A DNA stretch of 64,000 bases from the human T2T-CHM13v2.0 reference genome, Homo sapiens: NCBI RefSeq assembly GCF_009914755.1, contig NC_060931.1. One strand, written 5' to 3'. A program made the translations under genes and the position numbers. The notes below the pieces were generated by a model that was not told the DNA's origin, did no database searches, and saw nothing but the letters and a program-made list of their open reading frames with translations. This document shows, in pieces, positions 57,562 through 64,000 of the stretch. How positions within the stretch are numbered: position 1 is the stretch's first letter; the number at the start of each line of letters is the position of its first letter.

Positions 57562-58575
57562 CTAATTCTGAGCTCAGACAGCCTATGCCTCCCCCAACCT
57601 GATGTTCTTTCTCTACCCGTCCTGGTAGCCAAAGACAAAGGACATAATCTTCTGGGAGCTCTCTGGCTCTTCCCACAACCTGAGAAACTTGAATACTTAT
57701 CCAAAGGCAACCCTAGGTCAAGCTTTTGTCTTTCCTATACAATCGCGGCTGATGTGCTCTTGAAGGTGACCCCTCCCGGCTGGAGGCCAACCAACACAAA
57801 ACCAGCACACTAAACAAAAATACAACCAAGGACCCTCACAGATTCCACTTCACTCCCCTGTTACTTTCACCAGATCAGGTGCTGGTATCCACAGCTGAGA
57901 GACCTGAAGATGGTTCACATCACAGGACTCTTTGCTGACATGCCCCAGTACCAGCCCAGAGCCCAGTAGCTCAGGTGGGTGGCTAGATCCAGAAAAGAAA
58001 TAACAATCACTGCAGTTTGGCTTTCAGGAACCCCCATCCCTAGGGAAAGGTGGAGAATACCACATCAACAGAGCACCCTATGGGACAGAAGAATCTGAAC
58101 AGCAGTCCTCAAATCCCAGATCTTCCTTCTGACATAGTATACCCAAATGAGAAGGAAGCAGAAAAACAATTCTGATAATATGACAAAACAAGGTTCTTTA
58201 ACACCCCCAAAAGATCACACTAGCTCACCAGCAATGGATCGAAACCAAGACAAAATCTCTGATTTGCCAGAAAAACAATTCAGAAGATTGATTATTAATC
58301 TAATCAAGGAGGCACCAGAGAAAGGTGAAATCCAACTCAAAGAAATTTTTTAAAAAATGGTACAGAATATAAATGGAATAGTCTCCGGTGAACTAGACAG
58401 CATAAATAAAAGGCAATCAACAACTCTAGAAATGAAGGACACAGAGCAATGCAGAAATGCACTGGAAAGTCTCAGCAATAAAATCGAACAAGTAGAAGAA
58501 AGAACTTCAGAGCTCTAATACAAGGCTTTCAAATTAAACCAACCCAACAAAGACCAAGAAGAATAAAAAATGAAC
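57562..58575 (+). mobile_element. L1PB (L1PBa-like) 5'UTR and ORF1 start
   Basis: ORF 58147 MRRKQKNNSDNMTKQGSLTPPKDHTSSPAMD is the L1PB ORF1 N-terminus. Confidence 0.88.
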
Positions 58576-58680
58576 AAAAATAATGGCAAGAATTTTCCAA
58601 AATGAATGACAGATATCAAACCACAAATCCAAGAATCTCAAAAAATACAAAATTTTAAAACAAAATAAAAAATACTTAAG

Positions 58681-58880
58681 TGTGTGTGTATATAAATATA
58701 TATATATTTGTGTGTATATATAAATATACACACACACTCAGTTTAGTACTTGATATATATATGTAATATGTTATAGTATATTATGTATATATATAAGCAT
58801 TCATATGTGTATGTATGTATACACATATATACAGACATACACACACACACACACAAATATACACACACACACATATATAT
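58681..58880 (+). repeat. Compound TA/TG/CA microsatellite
   Basis: Direct reading. Confidence 0.92.
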
Positions 58881-59439
58881 AGTGCTAGGGTTACTGTAAA
58901 AAAATACCATAGATTAGGTGGCTCAAATAACAGAAATTTATTTTCTCACAGCTCACAGTTCCAGAGACTGAGAACTTTAAGATCAAGATGCCAGCTAATT
59001 AATTCCTGGTGAGGGTTATCTTCCCAGCTTTTAGACAGCCACCTTCTCCCTGTGTTTTTACATGGTGAAGAGAAAAAGCTCTTGTGTCTCTTCCTCTTAT
59101 TGTAAGGGCATCAGCACTATTATATTAGGGCTCCAGGATTATGACCTCATTTAACCTTAACTACCTCCTTATAGGCCTTACCTCCAAATATAGTCATATT
59201 AGGGGTTAGAGATTCACATAACAAATTAGTAGGTATGGGCACAAATCAGTCCATAGCATTCCACCCCTGGCCCCTCAAAATTCATGTCTTTATTGTATGC
59301 AAAGAACATTCATTCCATTATGACAGTCCCAAAGGTCTTAACTCATCCCAGCATCAATTCTAAAGTGTAAGTCTCATCTAAATTAGATATAGGTGAGAAA
59401 CAGCACCCTACTCCTGGTACCAAAAATTGTATTAGTCTG
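58881..59439 (-). mobile_element. MLT1A-like LTR (58881-59258), collapsed internal region (59259-59427) and 12-bp LTR stub
   Basis: LTR ends cagtccatagca; then ttccacccctggcccctcaaaattcatgtc...cctggtaccaaaaat|tgtattagtct. Confidence 0.8.
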
Positions 59440-59456
59440 TGTGTGTATGTGTGTGT

Positions 59457-59556
59457 ATAGATAGATACCTAGATTAGAGATAGAGACAGATGATAGATAG
59501 ATGATGATATATATAGACAGAGAGATAGATGATAGATAGATAGATAGATAGACAGA
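59457..59556 (+). repeat. (GATA)n-type STR, interrupted
   Basis: Direct reading. Confidence 0.92.
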
Positions 59557-59558
59557 TT

Positions 59559-60291
59559 GCCAGACAAGATGTGGAAGTGGAAGACTGATACTGAAATTCT
59601 CAACCCTGTGTAGGCCTAGGCTAATGTGTGTGTTTGTTTCTCAGTTTTTAACTAAAAAAAATTTTAAAGTAAAAAACAAAAATACTTAAAATAGAAAAAA
59701 ACTCATAAAACAAAGACATGAAGAAAATATTTTTGTACAGCTGTACAATGTGTTTGTGTTTTAAGCTAAAGGTTATTATGAGTCCAAAGGTTTTAAAACA
59801 TAAGTTTATAAAATAAAAATATTACAGCAAGCTAAGGTTAATTTATTACTGAAGAAATAAATTTTACATAAATTTAGTTTAGCCTAAGTGTACAGTGTAT
59901 ATAAAGTATACAGCAGTGTATAGTGATACCTTACACCTTCTCATTCACTCACCACTCACTCATTGACTAACCCGGAGCAACTTCCAGTCCTGCAAGCTCC
60001 ATTCATGGGAAGTGCCCTATACTGGTGTGCCATTTTTTATCTCTTATACCATATTTTTACTGTACCTTTCATATGTTTAGATAGGTTTAGATACACAAAT
60101 GCTTACCATTGTGTTATAATTGCCTACAGTACTCAGTACAGTAACATACTGTACAGGTTTGTAATCTAGGAACAATACACTATATTGTATAGCCCAGGTA
60201 TGTAGTAGGCTGTGCCATCTAGGTTTGTGGAAGTATACTCTTCAATGTTTGTACAATGATGAAATCCCCATAGTTAAGCAATGTATCACTG
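59559..60291 (+). mobile_element. Tigger3b-like TcMar DNA transposon, partial
   Basis: caagatgtggaagtggaagac...gtaggcctaggctaatgtgtg...ccatctaggtttgtg...end cactg|ta. Confidence 0.85.
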
Positions 60292-60293
60292 TA

Positions 60294-61520
60294 AATATGT
60301 TATAGACAATGAGAGCCAGACATGCATCAGAGAAATAAGTTACAAATAAGCAAATAAAGAATAGTAAAATGAACACTGTGATATTGGACTGAAATCTAAA
60401 GTATCAGTGTAAAGTCAGCCTTACTTTTATAGGATGATATATTTAGAAATTTAAAAGTGTGTACGTGGGTTCATACATCCATATATTTTCTAGCTCTGTT
60501 GTATGTGAGGGCCTAGAGGCAGTGACAAACATCAACAAGCATTCTTAGCACTCAGATCTTGGTTTATAAATACGCTTATTCGTAAAAGGAATCAGAGCTT
60601 CTTAGAGAATTGGCTGATTCTGAAGCTGAGGTACAGAAAATATGAGTCTGGGGCATTTTAAAGTGTCAAAAAGTAAGGATCTAATGACAGGGAGAGAGAG
60701 AAGAGATCATACGCATGTCAAAAGGAGCTCCCAATAGGTAAGCTAGAATAGCCTGAGCCAAAAAATAATAGTAAAATATATTTATGAGTTCATACTCATA
60801 TAAATAAATGATTGAATAAATAAGTAAATGGGGGAGAAGAACAAAACTCTCCTTCAGAAGAATTTTAATTAAAAAATATAGAAGGAAAGAAGAAAAAGAA
60901 AATCATCATTAGAACATCAATAATAATTGCTATCGGCAAGATCCACCAATGAATGCTAACATTAGCGGGTCAAAGTTTAAGAACAAACAGAGTATTTGCA
61001 TAGCTTCCAAGTGTCTCCTCTGCACTCAAATTTATTAACTATTGTGGTAGCTTTAACATATTCCATAAATTATCTGATACTTCCCAGGAGGTGGAGCTTA
61101 ATTCTCCTCTCCACGTGTGGTATGGACTTTGTATCTTGCTTCTAATAAATAGTGTATGAGCAATACTCTGCAAAAGTGTAAATAGCCATGAAAGACAAGG
61201 AAAGTCTGAGAAATTATTTAAGATTGGAGGAGGCTATGGAAACATGACCACTAAAAGTAATGTGGAAGCCTGGACTGGCTCTTGGAACAGAAAAAAAGAC
61301 ATTAATGGAAAAAATAATGAAATCCAAATTAAGTCTGTAGTTTAGTTAATACTATTATATGTAACCATGTTAATTTCTTAGTTTGGATGAGTGTATCATG
61401 GTTATTTGAGATGTTAACACTGGACAAGTTGGAAGAAGGGCACATGCAAACTTGGTGTAGATCTTTACAACTCTTTTGCAAGTCCAAAATTAACTTGGAA
61501 AAAAAAGTTAAAAATAAACT
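60294..61520 (+). mobile_element. L1MC-type 3' region
   Basis: ctcagatcttggttt...ggaatcagagcttcttagaga; ttggaacagaaaaaaagacattaatgg; acaactcttttgcaagtccaaaat. Confidence 0.75.
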
Positions 61521-61596
61521 CAAGGAATCCAGATTAGCTGAGAGGCAGTATAGCATTTGCCTTACTAGATTCTAATCCCAGCATTGCCATTTTTCC

Positions 61597-62784
61597 TTTT
61601 TTTTATTTTTATTTTTATTTATTTATTATTATACTTTAAGTTTTAGGGTACATGTGCACAATGTGCAGGTTAGTTACATATGTATACATGTGGCATGCTG
61701 GTGCGCTGCACCGACTAACTCGTCATCTAGCATTACGTATATCTCCCAATGCTATCACTCCCCCGCCCCCCCCACCCCACAACAGTCCCCAGAGTGTGAT
61801 GTTCCCCTTCCTGTGTCCATGTGTTCTCATTGTTCAATTCCCACCTGAGTGAGACTATGCAGTGTTTGGTTTTCTGTTCTTGGGATAGTTTACTGAGAAT
61901 GATGATTTCCAATTTCATCCATGTCCCTACAAAGGACATGAACTCATCATTTTTTATGGCTGCATAGTATTCCATGGTGTGTATGTGCCACATTTTCTTA
62001 ATCCAGTCTATCATTGTTGGACATTTGGGTTGGTTCCAAGTCTTTGCTATTGTGAATAGTGCCACAGTAAACATATGTGTGCATGTGTCTTTATAGCAGC
62101 ATGATTTCTAGTCCTTTGGGTATATACCCAGTAATGGGATGGCTGGGTCAAATGATATTTCTAGTTCTAGATCCCTGAGGAATGGCCACACTGACTTCCA
62201 CAATGGTTGAACTAGTTTACAGTCCCACCAACAGTGTAAAAGTGTTCCTATTTCTCCACATCCTCTCCAGCACCTGTTGTTTCCTGACTTTTTAATGATT
62301 GCCATTCTAACTGGTGTGAGATGATATCTCATTGTGGTTTTGATTTGCATTTCTCTGATGGCCAGTGATGGTGAGCATTTTTTCATGTGTTTTTTGGCTG
62401 CATAAATGTCTTCTTTTGAGAAGTGTGTGTTCATGTCCTTGGCCCACTTTTTGATGGGGTTGTTTGTTTTTTTCTTGTAAATTTGTTTGAGTTCATTGTA
62501 GATTCTGGATATTAGCCCTTTGTCAGTTGAGTAGGTTGTGAAGATTTTCTCCCATTTTGTAGGTTGCCTGTTCACTCTGATGGTAGTTTCTTTTGCTGTG
62601 CAGAAGCTCTTTAGTTTAATTAGATCCCATTTGTCAATTTCGGCTTTTGTTGCCATTGCTTTTGTTGTCTTAGACATGAAGTCCTTGCCCATGCCTATGT
62701 CCTGAATGGTAATGCCTACTTTTTCCTCTAGGGTTTTTATGGTTTTAGGTCTAACATTTAAGTCTTCAATCCATCTTGAATTGA
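61597..62784 (-). mobile_element. Young L1PA (L1PA2/3-like) 3' end
   Basis: Poly-T tail; actaactcgtcatctagcatta; ORF2 C-terminal peptides (ORF 62108-62692, [19 protein letters not shown]). Confidence 0.97.

Positions 62785-64000
<1,216 letters not shown>

Noticed and set aside
61733-62692. 113-aa and 194-aa ORFs as host genes
   Set aside because: They are L1 ORF2 C-terminal fragments separated by a stop in a truncated, inverted element.

Overview
AT-rich, repeat-dense primate genomic DNA. Alu J/S/Y, THE1/MST/MLT MaLR LTRs and a young L1PA2-like LINE point to human or great ape. It is intergenic or deep intronic. I recognise no host protein-coding gene, RNA gene, CpG island or CRISPR array; almost all listed ORFs are chance frames or retroelement remnants (THE1 internal ORF, L1 ORF1/ORF2). 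Repeat family names come from my recall of consensus sequences, so subfamily calls are approximate. I found no evidence of a new biological system. The best signals are footprints of DNA movement and repair: (1) an L1 3' transduction carrying ~480 bp of non-repeat sequence inside a 17-bp target-site duplication (TSD); (2) a second TSD-flanked, A-tailed orphan insert; (3) a complex THE1D/Alu deletion junction with a 65-bp inverted segment; (4) two 5'-inverted L1s; (5) a possibly circularly permuted MLT1A; (6) a near-perfect 88 bp x3 tandem repeat; (7) a full THE1C provirus with DUX4-type motifs upstream of candidate + strand exons.
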